From NCBI GenBank assembly GCA_050084515.1, contig CM114271.1, forward strand, positions 1,860,001 through 1,924,000: a DNA stretch of 64,000 nt. Direction: 5' to 3'. Below the pieces are notes generated by a model. The model had not been told where the DNA came from. It made no database searches and saw nothing but the letters and a program-made list of their open reading frames with translations. The position numbers and the translations under genes were made by a program. The stretch is from Blasia pusilla (taxonomy: Eukaryota). Below are positions 24,883-40,600 of this stretch, one piece after another. Positions within the stretch are counted from its first letter, which is position 1. Each line of letters opens with the position of its first letter.

Positions 24883-26997
24883 CTACGCGTGTGTAGTGAT
24901 GAGTTGGTCATCATGTGCAGCTGCAGCTTTCAGTGGATGGAAGTAGTCGCTGGATGAGACGAGGTTGAATTCTGGATCACTTTCAAGTCGGACGAGAGCA
25001 TCAGCGCGAAGGAAGAGTTGGGCCATGAGGTTTCCACGACCGTGAGGACTAGGTTGCAGCCACAAGACATTTCGGACGCCGTCGGGCATGGAACCATAAC
25101 CAACGAAAGTAGGTTTCCCCAAGCCAAAATCAACATCATACAAGGGAGCATTGATTAAGCTTGAAGTGATTATCACTGGATCTGAGAAGATATTGAAGTT
25201 GGGGTTGACAGGCCGAGGTTTTTTGGCCTCCACCCAATCGATAAGGGACCGGAAATGATCGCTGCTAATCACCCGTTGCATGTTCTCTTGAATCAGTGTC
25301 GCAGCAAAGGACAGAGGCTGACTCAGAAGATTCCCGATGCTTGCAGATGAGCACGACAAACCGACCAGGTTTCCAAAATAGTTCCGTGGGACGTGGGGTT
25401 CCTGCAACCTCGTTCTTCCATCGATTGAACAAACGATTTTTCCCACTTGTTCATCCGGTACCCATTCGCTCTCATGATCAAGCGCCAAAAATATGCCGTT
25501 GTGCAGACTGTGGTTGAGAAAGGCCCGTGCTTCCCGTCATCGCTTGCCATTCTTTTCAGCGTTCGCAGTGCCGTGGTGTTTAAGTGGAAGCACTTACTCA
25601 CCACCGGCGTCTCTCCTAGCATCGGTACTGGCCGTGGCATACGTTGCTCGTCCTTCTGCTGCACACAATATTCAATCGCATGGTTCTTGAGCGGTAGCTG
25701 CCGCGGTTTCGCCCTCAACAACGTGCGCCTCAAATAAGGTCTGGTGGTTATCGGCTGACCTCGCATGGCCTGCGTCCAGGCTTGCAGAAACAGGAGAAAA
25801 GAAGAGAAGTCTGCCACTTGATGATGGAAGCTGGAGCCCAAGATAATGCCTCCACATCTGAACCTCGTGATCTGCGCACAGGTAGACAAACGTTCTATCC
25901 ATCAGTGCAATGTCATCACATCTTCAAAACCTCAATTCCGGCGAGGAGCTGTCATCGACCTGGATTTGGTCCTAGAGATCTTGCTAAAATCGTCCATAGG
26001 TCTTCGGATTCAAAACCGAGCCACCTCGAGGAGTAGTGACGCTGAGACAGAAATGATCGATGAATTTTCTAGACCTGTCCATACGAAAGGCAAGGATATT
26101 TGGATTTCAGAGTCAATACAAGCACGACACCATGGATTCCGCCTGAATCGTCATGGTACCTAAAGGCTGCAGGAGTGGCTACACATTCGTGCGTAAACTC
26201 GTCGAGCGCGCTTTGTACAACATGCCCACCGTAAGTTGATACCTCTGGAAATTGAAACTACAAAGCTTATCCACTCTTGAGCTTCAGAAGAACCCTCACA
26301 GACAAATCATCGGAGGATAGTGAATATACAATTGTAACCACACAAACTTGTTGCAGTGAGGCTGGTAAAGAAAATCAGTGACCTGAATGGATAGTGGACA
26401 AAGGACAGGACTGTTGTAAATCGGAGTGGGCAAAAAGAATGCAGCGAAGGAACGGCTGGGAGACGTGTAATCGAAGTCTTCGAGGTTGGAGTCCACGTGC
26501 GCCTCAGCGAAATCGGCACCAACCCCATTGCAATGGATCTTGTACTGTCCCAACTCTGGATCTTTCATCTGCCCAGCAAATGGATAGTAATACACCAGCA
26601 CCTCTGCCAAGGATTTTTTCAGAGCGCTGACAATTTGGTCGTATTCCTTCCATGCGGGGGACTTGAATACGAAGAACGTCTGCGGATACATGGAGCTTAG
26701 GAGCCGGTCCATGTTAGAAAGTGAAAGGTACTCGTTTCTTCTTGGAATCGCAGGCTGCACTTTCTGCATTGCGACAATTCTAGGTTTCGAGCTGTCAGTC
26801 ATTGCCTCCTCTGGAAGTGTATAAGTGTGAGCTGGAATTTCGGTTACTCCCTGCACTCGAACATGGTCCAGAATCGCATTCATGTCAGTGTCGATCACTT
26901 CCGATCGAAATTTCAACCCCGCCCCATCCTCCGTCCCTAGCTGAAATCTGATTGATTCATAGAAATCATTTCCTATATGTAATCCATGGGACGCCAC
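24883..26997 (-). CDS. BAHD-family acyl-CoA transferase, two exons (26997-26383 and 25871-24883), with a 1-nt frameshift at about 25462 (pseudogene or sequencing error)
   Basis: LSLSNMD, LKKSLAEVLVYYYPFAG, IHCNGVGADF, PLSIQ|ITRFRCGG (phase-0 Q-intron, GT at 26382, AG ending 25872), HQVAD (HXXXD), NYFGN and DFGLG (DFGWG-like). Adding one G at 25461-25463 joins the two exon-2 frames into a 534-aa protein. Confidence 0.92.
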
Positions 26998-27035
26998 CTA
27001 TTCGTTCATGTAAACCCCTCTATGCGTAGGCCTTG

Positions 27036-27060
27036 GCATCGCATCGCATCGCATCGCATC
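27036..27060. repeat. (GCATC)5 microsatellite about 40 bp upstream of the BAHD start codon
   Basis: Seen directly. Confidence 0.9.
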
Positions 27061-28296
27061 GGCCCAGTAGCACGACCAGAGATTTTCAAACATCAACAGG
27101 GGAGCAAAGCCAAATTTCACCCAATACTACGCAGAACAACAACTTTCCTGGAACCGGACCAGTTCCCAATCTGAACTCAACGGGCCACGTCGAGATCACG
27201 ATCTCCTTGGGAGATCAAGATTCTGAACGCGCAGCTATCCATGCGTGGTCCTGATCCGTGAATGAATCAAACCACTGTAATATTCGGAAGACACGGACGA
27301 ACGAGGACGAAATGAGTCCTACTGAAACCAACCGATGGTCAAACTCCTCCTCGTTCTCCGCTCGATGAAAATATCCACCTAGTGAAGACGTCTGTTCTAG
27401 ATAGCTCAGGTCCTAGGGAGATTGTGAGAAAAGGGCAACAAATTCGTCAGCACTAGACTAGAAGTCAAATTATTACCAAATGTGCTGGAATCGGTGTGAA
27501 GCAGTCATTTGACATTTGAGGATGCTCTGTGTCAGTTCTTAGAAGACCCGAAGTTTTCATAATCACGGCAGCTTGATCTCTTGGGTGGTGGTGGACGGTC
27601 AACCACTTCTCCGGTGTTTGCCCGAAAGTCGGCCAAGTCAACTCCTTGAAACCTTGGCCAGCACATATCGTGGTACAATGCTGTACGCGACGAGCATCGC
27701 GAGAAGTTAATGTCATAACGAAGTGATTGAAACCTGATCCTTTATTGACGGCACTGCAATTGCCCGCTGGGGCTCTTTGTATGACCGGAGACGCCTTCTC
27801 ACTCCTGGAGGTACCGGCTGTCTTCCTCGAGAGCCTTTTCCTGATCCGCTTGTTCGAAGACACCATAGTGCTTATATGATTCCATGTGGGGAATTCATCT
27901 ACTTGCGAATTTCACCATTTGCTTTACATCCAGGTAAACTCAGGGTCGTCTTCAACTGTCGAGAGCGACTAGTTGTGAATCGCAGGTCCTGGTCGTCTGG
28001 GCAAATTCATCCACTAAACGTGGAGTGCAGAAAAAAAGTGATAAACTTGACCGGTTCAAGAAAATCGCTTCAAGGGAACCTTTTTCTCTGCAGTGATGAC
28101 TTGCGAAAAGCCTCGACAGCCTGCACGAGAATTGTCGGCCAATGTGTTACCAAACTACCGGCCACTGACCTAGGCTCGCAGCCACGTTAACGAGCCGATC
28201 GCGATGCGAAACCCATACAGCTTTGCGGACATTTGACTTCCCTGCACGATCAAGCCAGCCGAACGTCCGGACGCTTGTCTTTTGATTAAACATCGG

Positions 28297-28321
28297 AGAG
28301 AGAGAGAGAGAGAGAGAGAGA
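28297..28321. repeat. (GA)n microsatellite
   Basis: Seen directly. Confidence 0.9.
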
Positions 28322-29772
28322 ACACGACTGAACTGACTGAATGCGTCGTTGAACGTCCGCCTGAGCGCAGATTCAGAAGAGCAAACAAGGCTCTGCCTAC
28401 GCACATGCGCACACGGACAGCGAGATCTGAATTCTAGTCCACGGAAAGCCTATAGAACTTACGGAACCCCTTCCATGTTAGTGCCTTGCTATCGCATCCG
28501 CAAAGCACCTTCACCGGGACCACAGAGGACGGGGAGAGGGGAGAAGTGTTGATGAGGGTGAAAGGACGCATGGGTATTTGAGGCCTGCCAGAAAGAGTGC
28601 ATAGTCCACAGTGTAGACGTCACAGCTATTTTGACGTGACATGATCTCTATTTCACATACTCGCCTTCGTCGTTTAGGTCGGTCTAGCTGACAATGGTCA
28701 TGTTTGCCTTTCGCATCTTGTAATTCGTTGAATAGGGGAATTGACTCCTGACACAGGAAAGAGGCGAGCATCCATAACTACAGAAGGATCCCTTGTTTTA
28801 AACTGTTAGGATTGGTTGTACTTTCTAGGGACGCCAAATCTCTCCACCGGATGATCCGGCTAGGTCAGTGCTGCTTCAGCTATGTGCTGCGGTTGCAAGA
28901 TGAATAGGTTCTTGTATCATTCGTAGGAGCAATGATTAGCGAAAGCAGCTTTCAGAGCAGTACAGTTTTAAAACTTCCGAGGAGGTTCGTCTAGATCTGA
29001 TGTGGATGGACTACACCCATACTGATATATCCGATACGCTCACTCGCGAACGGGGATTACAGATCTAAAGGTCCATGGGCATCGTTCATTCTTCTCCATT
29101 TTAAAATTCACATATTAGTATTAGATTAAATCATGAGCACTGCGTCTGTTTGATGCACGTAGTAGGCGTCGATGGGAGCTCGAGGCTTCTTCTCTGCAGG
29201 AACTTCCCCAAAGAAATACAAATCCTTACGCGCGCCGCTGCTAAACTCGTGTTTTTCTTTTCCTCGACAAATAGGCATGCGAGGAAAGATGTTTGGCATG
29301 CAACCCTAATTGTTGCCCTGCCTAGAGTAGAGCTGCCGCTTGAGACGATCTGCGTCGTTTGTCTCCATGGGGAACAAACAATAACAATCACTTGCAACAA
29401 CGTTCCTGCGAGAGCCCAATCTTGTAGCACAATCTTGTAGATGCGTTGATAAATAAATGCGACATGTGGGGTCCAAACCCCGTGCCGCAGTGACTTTTGG
29501 CTGCATCCTCTTCCCGGTGCTCATCTAGATCTTCACCGCTCGAGAAGGTTGCGTTTGCTCTACCGAGGATTCCAAGCTTGCACGTACCAGCCACGAAAGA
29601 AGGAATTCTCTCAGGTGAGTACTGCCTCCATATCAAAGCACTGCCTCCAAAACCAAAACAAAATCAGCTCGTCACTGTGCACCAGTTTGACTTCAGGGTT
29701 CTGTCCACTGATTCAGGAATGTCCCAAAATCGTCCCACGAGTCTCTTCACGAACCGTCGGAAGAACTCGGAG

Positions 29773-29848
29773 AAACAGAACAGGACAGAGCAGAGCAGAG
29801 CAGAACAGCACTGCACTGAACTGAACTGAACTGAACTGAACTGAACTG
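29773..29848. repeat. Compound pentanucleotide microsatellite, (CAGAG)n grading into (CTGAA)n
   Basis: Seen directly. Confidence 0.9.
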
Positions 29849-32800
29849 GTTGCACTGTTACATCCGGTCAACGAACGCTCCATCGTAGTGAATATTGGTG
29901 GGTACCAATATTCACTACGATTGACCACAGTCCTCAGTCTACAGAATCATACGTTCGGAAACTGGGACAGAGAGTGTTTTTTGGTGTAGGTGTAGCCATG
30001 CATATCGACCCACAAACAAACAAACAAACAAACCAACAATCATGACCTCCTTCCTGGTCCAGGCGCCAAATCCAACCCAGGTACAATTAATCGTCACCAA
30101 TCGCCAACAGAAACCCTTCCCTGAAACCGCTCCATTCCTTCCCTGAAACCGCTCCTTCTGTACTCGACGGCGCGATTACTACTCAACCACCTCCGTTTCC
30201 AACCAAAGAGTCTCTACTTGACCACACCGAAACCGGCACGACAGCATGTAGCCAGTTACTAGGAATATTCTAACAGTGTCGACTCTAGTTCAACGGCAAG
30301 TTTAAGTGCTTTGTTTTCTTGTCCTCTCTTTTCCTTGGAAAATTGGCCGGGGACAATCTTTGGGCGAAGGACAATGAATCTCGACTTGAAAATGGTCGTA
30401 ATAGGAAAATTGACTAGCTTTTCTTCCCCCCCCCCTTATGGCGTTTATGTATGTGTGTTCGGATCAAACAGTCTATGTTGAAACGATAGGAGAGGGTTTT
30501 TTTTTTTGGGTGTGTTTTCTCATGTTCACTCGCCCACTTCCCAAAACTGACTTGTCTGGAGTTGATTGGAGGGCAAGATTCGTGATGGAATTGTGTGAGC
30601 TCCTAGAGTTTGCACACAAAGTGTGGTCATGATCATGTCCAAGGATGGCTACAAGGACTAGAGGGAAACTTCGTGCATCGTGTGGGTGCTTATAATATGC
30701 AACTCATGGTTTAATATCGTCCAATGCCTTCCTCACTTCACTTCATTTCCTAAGATATGACTTTAGTAAGAAAACCTATGTTAAGATAAACTAAGTTCTC
30801 AAGTATACCAAAAATTGCACCAACATCAATCACCACAATAGGGAGCTTAGCAACAAGGCCACAAATGAGTTTAGGGTGAAAGAAAAGGAAATAACCCTTC
30901 TTAGGGTAGAACCATTCTCTAGGGTGTTGTACATGAACTTTCCCAGAATTAAAAGAGTTTACTTTGTTTGCTCAAAATTTCACTTTTCAAGGTTATCATT
31001 GATGAATTTGGGATTTTGGATAACAATTGGTCGACTCCGACTGCTTCGTTTAGGATTCAAAATTTTCACTTTCTTTAGATGTTATTGGCACTGAGACTAA
31101 GAGAAACTTAATTTCTACTATTAGTTTTTTGTCCATGCAAACTACTTGGTTAGAAAGAATATTTATGGCCCTCCAAAGAGGATCCATTCATCTTACTCTT
31201 TGTGGAGAGAAGGAGGGACCCCCTCCAACTTTGTAGCTTCCATCTCTATTCCTCTACAAAGGGGTGAAGAGTTTGTCTCATCACTTTCTAGAAGAAGGGA
31301 GAGAATTCTCCTAAAGGGTGGAAGAAAAGTTGCCTCGTTCCTCCTCTCCAACCTTGTCTCATCTCCTCTCCCTATTGAAAATTAATTCACGACCTATCTT
31401 TCCATATTGTATCCAAAATTCAACCTTATCCCTCCTACCTTATCCTATTGAAAATTAATCACTTTAAAAGAAATCCTCATTGAGCCCTCCCTTATTGAAA
31501 ATTTATCCCTTACTCTTTCTCTCCTCTATTGAAAAATAAGAGCTTTTGAAAAACTAGTTCAAAAATCCTCCCTTGTTAAAACTTTATTGCTTTCTCTTTT
31601 CCTCCTTTGTTAAAAATCAAACTTCATCTCTCTTCCACTTCCCCAAGTCAACATTAAATAATTCTGAAAATTTCTATATGAGGCTTTTAGAAACATAAGA
31701 TAAGAGTCTAACAAAGAAGAAAAAATAATGTATATAATAGTATTGATGTTTGGTGTGAGCACATGAGTTAATCCTATTTGTCTTACTTTACGTACAAGAC
31801 TCAAGAGTCACAAGAATATTTCTCTCAAGAGCTCCTATCTCTTACAAAGACATTCGTACTCAGAAAAATTTAGAGTAAACTCCAACATTAATGGGGAACT
31901 AAACACTTTGGCCATATATCGAGTTGTATGACCAACTCACATAGAGTCCAACTTACAATTTGCTCTCCTTACATGACTTGAAGTTTTTTGCACCATTGTA
32001 GTGTAGTAGATATTTTTTTAAATTATATCAAATACAAAGGATTTTTCTGGCCATCTTCTTACAATCAACTTCCTAGGAAAAGATGCACTATATCTTGATC
32101 ATACCTCTAGTTTGTAATAGTTGAAGGTGAGTTTTTGAAAATTTTAGGTACTTTCTTGGCAAGAAACTATTAGATCTATTCATAAATACTTTTGACTATC
32201 ACATAATCTACGCTTATGAGACTTTTTATAAAAAATTCAAATTTCCACTTAATATTCTCTTGAAAATAGGGATATCCCTTCTTCCCCTTGTCATCATTCA
32301 ATACAAATTTTTGTTACAATCAAAAAGTTGTTTTTTTTGTTAATATGAATTTAGTTCACATAAGAACTCCATTGGACTCATGTCTTTGGTTTTTTTAAGC
32401 ACAAATTTCGTGATATTTGGCTTATATAAAGGAACTATATCATTTTTGGAGCTTTCCGAACCCCTTCTATGGAAAAAATGTTTCCTCAATGCCCACTTTG
32501 TGTAATGGGATGAAGATGGATCAAAAATAATATTGGTATATGCCCACGCTCAAGGTAACTTCTCTATTTTAGTACAATGAAATATGGAACGACACGTTAG
32601 AAAATGATAGGTATATGCTTCTTGCTTCATTTCAAGGATCAATAACCTTCATAGCATATTAATCGTGCAAGATCTACACTCTCATACACACACAAACAAA
32701 GGAAACGTTTAGGCCAATCATATGAAAACTTTGGCATACCAATGGCAACTTTCCAAATTTTCCTTGCCAACACAAGAAATTGAGAGATTTTTCCCCGAAA

Positions 32801-33604
32801 AATGGAGTTTTGAAAACAAAAATCTGAAATAAATATTAATTGGTGAATTCTTAGCCTAGAAAAGGCCTCTCATAACTTTTAGAGTTGGGGGTTCCCTACA
32901 TGGGCTTTTTTTCTAGTTGCGTGAAAAAGTGGAAAAAAATGAAGGTGGCATTTGTAGAGATGGATGCATCAAACCTTCTAAAAGAGATGAGCAAAACTTG
33001 TGATTCTCTTCTGTGTGATTAGTGCTAATTTTAGGGATAACATGATCACTTTCTCCTCTTGATTTCTACGGAATTCTTATTTGCGTGCAATACCAACTTT
33101 TATCTTTTTAATTTGAGAGGCTATTACGAAATTGGAAAGTAAGGGTGTTAAAAATATATATAAATTAACATGTGGTTAAACCATGGTTAAGCCTATGAAG
33201 TGGAGCGATGGAGCATGGATGGATTACAACATTGTTTCCCCAAAAGTAGTATAAAAAGGTTTCTTCTTAATGGCATAGTATTAGAGATATAGTTTGTAAG
33301 GTAACCCCATGCTCGTTTTATCACGTAGCAGAACTAATCACAACTTTCCATCTTGAGCCAAATAGAAAGTATAAATACATAACTAGACTAAACCAATCTC
33401 ATTCCAACCAAACTGAGTTTGGATCTTGGGTTGCAATGTATCTAAACTCCCATATATGGTACATATCTTGCACATGTTAGATTTTGATTCTCATTGTTTT
33501 AAAGAACTCTCACACAAGTCCAATGTATCTCTTACCAAGTCTCCTATTTTCTATAAGAAACAAACTATTTTTTAAATCTCATGCGTACGTACAAGTGATC
33601 GAAG

Positions 33605-34260
33605 ATTCCAAATCATGAATGATCTTCTATCCAACACTATTATAAGAATCTTATGTGAAGAAGTGATGAAAATCATGCATGGTCTTCTATCCAACACTAT
33701 TATGACAATCTTATATGAAAGAATGTTGGAAATCATGCATGTTTTTATTTCCAATACTATCTTGAAAATCTCATACTTAGAAGTTATTGACATAATGAAT
33801 ATGAGCCAACTTTAAAAAAATTCATAATTTCAATCAATCCTTCAAATGAGATTCTTATAACAATGTTGGATATAAGAATATTCTTGATTCCAATCATTTA
33901 TGCACGAAGGTTTTGCTTAAATGGAATACTCACTTCTTCTTTTTTTAATTTCCCTAACATTCAATTTGGAATTTCCCAATAGACATCCCATCATTGATAT
34001 GACATTTAAATTTTTTACCTATTTAGCAATCAAAAACAAGAATATTCTTCTTCTTTTTTGGAAAATGAAGTTTTAAATCAAGACTTATCATAACTATTCT
34101 TATTTCAGCATTATTATTCCATGTGAAGGAGTAATTGGAATCATGATTGTTCATATATCCAAGGCTCTTAATAATCTTATATGAAGAAGTGATCGGAATC
34201 ATCAATGTTCTTGTATCTATCTAATCTTCACCTAGAGTTCTCAAAAAATTTTGTGGCAAT
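33605..34260. repeat. 60-bp minisatellite; inverted counterpart at about 37150-37370
   Basis: AATCATG.AT recurs at 33611, 33671 and 33731; the reverse complement of 34175-34210 matches 37185-37222. Confidence 0.75.
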
Positions 34261-34411
34261 CTCAAGTGCATAACGAAGTTCAAAAAAGTATTTACTATGG
34301 AATTTCTGAATTTTTTTCAAATTACACAGTATTCACTTTTTGATTGCCACAAAGGCGAAAGAATGTGTGTCACACCAATCATGGAGGATGTGGGTTGTGG
34401 AGTGGAAGAGC

Positions 34412-34708
34412 CATGGTTGCACATAAACGGAAAAACCTGTTCTTAGGATGAACATGGATTGTAAGAGGTGGGGCCCACATTTATATTTCATGATGGAAGG
34501 TAGGGCAATGGAGAGTGGGGAAATAAGGGGGGAGGAACTGGGAGTGGAGAGAGGAAGAAACGAGAAAGTATGGAACACATAAGCAAGTGGGGGGAATGGG
34601 AAAAAAGGAAAGATGGGGCCTATATAGACAAGTCCTTCCACATGATAGACGTAAGTCCATGGACGTGGACATGTTCACCAAAATGAACTTTGTCCATATA
34701 CAATCGTG
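34412..34708 (-). mobile_element. hAT-type MITE, inverted homologue of 41396-41721
   Basis: Ends CATGGTTGCA / TACAATCGTG; flanks GGAAGAGC and AAAAGAGC (6/8 match); collinear with the 41396 copy. Confidence 0.8.
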
Positions 34709-34785
34709 AAAAGAGCGTATGAATGGGATAGGGCAAGTCTGACGAGTATGGGAACAAATGCAAGAGCGTAGAGACACACATAGGG

Positions 34786-37125
<2,340 letters not shown>

Positions 37126-37419
37126 TGAGAAAGAGAGATACAGAAGAGGCACAAAAATATTTTTATTAAATTTTTGACCTAAAAACATTGATGATTCGGA
37201 TCACTCCTTCATATGAGATTGTTAAAATAGTGTAGGATATAAGAACATTCCTCATTCTAATCACTTTTCACATAAGATTATTAGGAGATATAAGAAGATT
37301 CATGATTCTCATCACTTCTTCACATAAGATTGCCTTAATAGAGTTCTAGTAAGAACATTTGTAATAATTTTTAATTTGGAGCATTATTTACTTCATTATT
37401 TTTTCTTTTTCAGAGAGAT

Positions 37420-37534
37420 AGTCCATCCCGGGTGTCTGCTATGGGTTCCAGGGGCGGGCTCACATGCGGGTCGCATAAACCCACGCGGCATGTCCATGGA
37501 CATGTCCGCACTTGTCCGTTTCCGTGCAACCTTG
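37420..37534 (+). mobile_element. Partial hAT-type MITE (right end)
   Basis: GTCCATGGACATGTCC...GTCCGTTTCCGTGCAACCTTG. Confidence 0.65.
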
Positions 37535-38149
37535 ATTATCATCCTCAGGGACGATGAATTGGTCAATGTTCAAAATAACCGAGTTTCTTTGGAAACAATT
37601 CTACTTGAAACTTTTTTGCATAACATATCAAATATCACTAGTTGTCTCTTCTCTCTATTTTCTTATGATTACATGTTTCTCATATTCATTTTGCTTGTGT
37701 GAGTGACTATACGAGATAAACTAGGAGTGAAAAGAAGGTTAGATCTTCCAAAACCAAGGATACTCTTTTGTTTTTTTTTTACATTCCACTTCCTAAGGCC
37801 CCCACCTAATGGATTATAAGTTGAGAGTTTTCTAAATTAAATATTCTAATTAAAACCCTTTATTGCTATCCTAATTCGTTGTTTGTAACGTTCAAGAATC
37901 TCCTCAAAAATCCTATCCTTGTATTTTGTAATGTAAGTCATCGAATTACGTCTTTCTTGTGATTTGATATCGTGATCAAATATGTCCTTCATGGAAGCTC
38001 CTATTTACTTATCTCGCATCTCTTGAGTATCCTTCCACATGAAGAATATGATCAGGATCAAGAAGTTCAATAATCCCAATCACATTCTTTCCGCATAATT
38101 TGGTCGAGATCATAACCTCACTTGATCCCTATCGATATCACCTTTTTTC

Positions 38150-39470
38150 TTGTTAAATATTGCATTTGAATTTTATATTTGGAAATCTTTAGGAGGCATT
38201 AGGCATTTGGAGGTGGGTTGCAAGACACTTATGCAATTAAAGTTGATGGTGCAACTATAGTGAATCGACAGAAAGAAGTGAAAGTGAATTGTTTGTAACT
38301 ATGAGGTCCCATTTTATGTCTTGGGGTCTACTTTAACCCCAGTTAGCATCCTTTGATCATATTCATTTAGTTTTACCATGGTTGGAAGTCTATCAAAATT
38401 TTGTTACTATTTTGGATGTGTTAATTGATGTTAATATGGGTTAAGTCATCCAGGTCAGAAGAGATGGGATTCCTTGTAGACCTTTCTACACATTATTGAT
38501 CAAAACATTTATCTCATGTTTTTTGGTATTTTTATATGTAAGGGTTCCTCTAGAAATTTATGTCATAAATAACCTTCCTCACTTTGCATACTAAAGAACA
38601 ATAATTTGGATGCTTATATCCATAGGGTTAACATCCAAATTCTACATTATCCTTCATGGATGCGTTGTTTCGCCTATAGCATGATAGACTCCTAACAAGG
38701 GGGGAAATAGTTCCCTAACTCCAACTCAACCTCCTAAGAAGCTAAATGGTTGACACGAAAACCATATTTTTTTCACAATTGTTTAGGGCCTATTCATCCA
38801 ATGTCTTGAGGATCCTATGCATATTGACAAAAATATGATGCGTTGGTTGATGGGCCCTTTTTTGGCTAGAGAGATAGATTCGCACTAACGAGCATGAAAA
38901 GAAATAGATATGCATCCATTAGTATGGTTGATCAGGCCAACGAGGAGGATGGTCATTTGCATAGGCCACCGCCACCGTGGGTTTTAAGTAGGCTGGAGTG
39001 GCGAGTTTTACACGAAAAACTTTCCTCGACTTGGATGCCCACAAGATACGATGCTTACTTATGAACAATTTTTCGAGATGACAATGCAAGAAGTTGGGGA
39101 AAGGGATTGAAGACCCTTTACTTCCATTGACTGATACATGACATGCTACATATATCATTGTATGGGTTGGCATTGCCACAAATCAAGGAGGTCATATAAG
39201 GGTTGTTAGCTCATTTGAGTTATCGCTTAACTCTGTTGGATACTAGGGCAATCACGACCCTAAACGGTCATGGTATCATTTTCAACTAATGGCCTTGTCT
39301 AATCTTGTTCTTATGTCCATGGATAGATGGGCATGTAGCAATAAATTAAGTAGATATGTCTTGAGGATCTTGGCCTCATGGAGCTCACACTGTGGAGGTA
39401 ATTGTGATTGCTACACGCTTAGAGAGGGTGTTACCATCTTCATGCATAACCAAGCAGAGTCATGAGCTAG
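38150..39470 (+). pseudogene. Heavily decayed CACTA/En-Spm Tnp2 transposase fragment
   Basis: Motifs in the expected order: EDPMHIDKN (about 38808; cf. DVMHIEKN), GLKTLYFH (about 39104; cf. GMKSHDCH) and LERVLPSSC...HEL (about 39419; cf. LEKIFPPSFF...HL). Confidence 0.65.
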
Positions 39471-39559
39471 GCTTCCCCCAATTTAGGGCCAATTAAAGGC
39501 TATTTAGAGGAACTTGCTATTTATAGTAATTTCCATCTTTATCACATAGTTGATTTCTC

Positions 39560-39935
39560 AATATGGAAGAGGCCTTTTGATCCGCTATAGATTGTTAAGA
39601 TTAGAGAGAAGACCTATGTGGGAAGGTCATTTGGGAGGACTTGGGAGAGGGTGTACCTTAAGGAGAGAAATTTTGGGTCTTTATTATCTCTTTATTGAAT
39701 CTCCTTCTATGAGACGATAAAGGTATGGTCTCTCTTGCCTTGTGAGTAATTACGAGCTTGTCCCTCAAAGACTGGATTCGGTTTGACATGATAGAAAGCT
39801 TTGTAATGCGAGAGCGTACTTGTATTCTAGATTTATTGAAGCTATTTTGTTATATGATCGTGTATATGTCTAGTTTCCATGATTGAGTCTAGATTTTAGA
39901 TTGTTATGATGTCAAGCCTGTTGGATGGTAACAAC
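39560..39935 (+). mobile_element. LTR-like repeat fragment, homologous to 62539-62720 and, inverted, to 40330-40600
   Basis: Shared CTTGGGAGAGGG...AAGGAGAGA...TATGGTC...CTTGCCTTGTGAGT...GGTTTGA.ATGA. Confidence 0.6.
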
Positions 39936-40329
39936 GATGTATGTTGTGTATCCATATGTGTGCATATGATAAGCTCAAAATCATACATCCAAAAATTTTT
40001 GATGGTAGATAAATTTTGAAAATTTTATCAACATTGATTGACCAAATTTATTTTTGGCCATTTATTGAACCATATAATATTTACGTTATAAGATCATTTT
40101 TTCAATCAAACCAATGTTTTCATCTTTCCAAGAAAGTTTTGCCTCAACTGGTGAATTCTCCTCTCATCAAATCTTCTCTTCATCTACTTGGAAATCTACT
40201 ACTTGCCAAAGGATTCTTGAGACTCTTCAAATCTATGATACAACATAAAAAATACGAATCGTGTAGGTTAGTGTTTTTTACGTGGTATTATTTACAACCC
40301 CAAGATAGGAAATTCTTATGTACAAGGGT

Positions 40330-40538
40330 GAGGTAGCTTTGTAGAGAAATCAGAAATCAGCAAGCATGGTCTTACAACAACACTCCTAAGATCTCATTGT
40401 CAAGCCAAAACCACTATCATGGTGAGAGCCTTAGATTATAAACACTTGAGGCAAGAAGGATCATAGCTTTTCCGCCTCATGGAAGGAGGATCAAAAAATT
40501 AATAGAGATGGACCTCCCAAGTTCTCTTTCCTTAGATA

Positions 40539-40581
<43 letters not shown>

Positions 40582-40600
40582 AGCCCTCTCCATGGTGACA
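40330..40600 (-). mobile_element. LTR-like repeat fragment (inverted copy) containing a (TC)n expansion
   Basis: Reverse complement reads ACCATGGAGAG.GCTTGG...GGGTATAT...CATGAGGCGG...AGCTATG.TCC, matching 62541-62660. Confidence 0.6.

Noticed and set aside
27000..30000. Short overlapping ORFs upstream of the BAHD gene
   Set aside because: No recognisable domains or consistent exon chain; expected by chance at this GC content.
32460..32560. Possible L1 zinc-finger remnant
   Set aside because: Too short and degraded to support.
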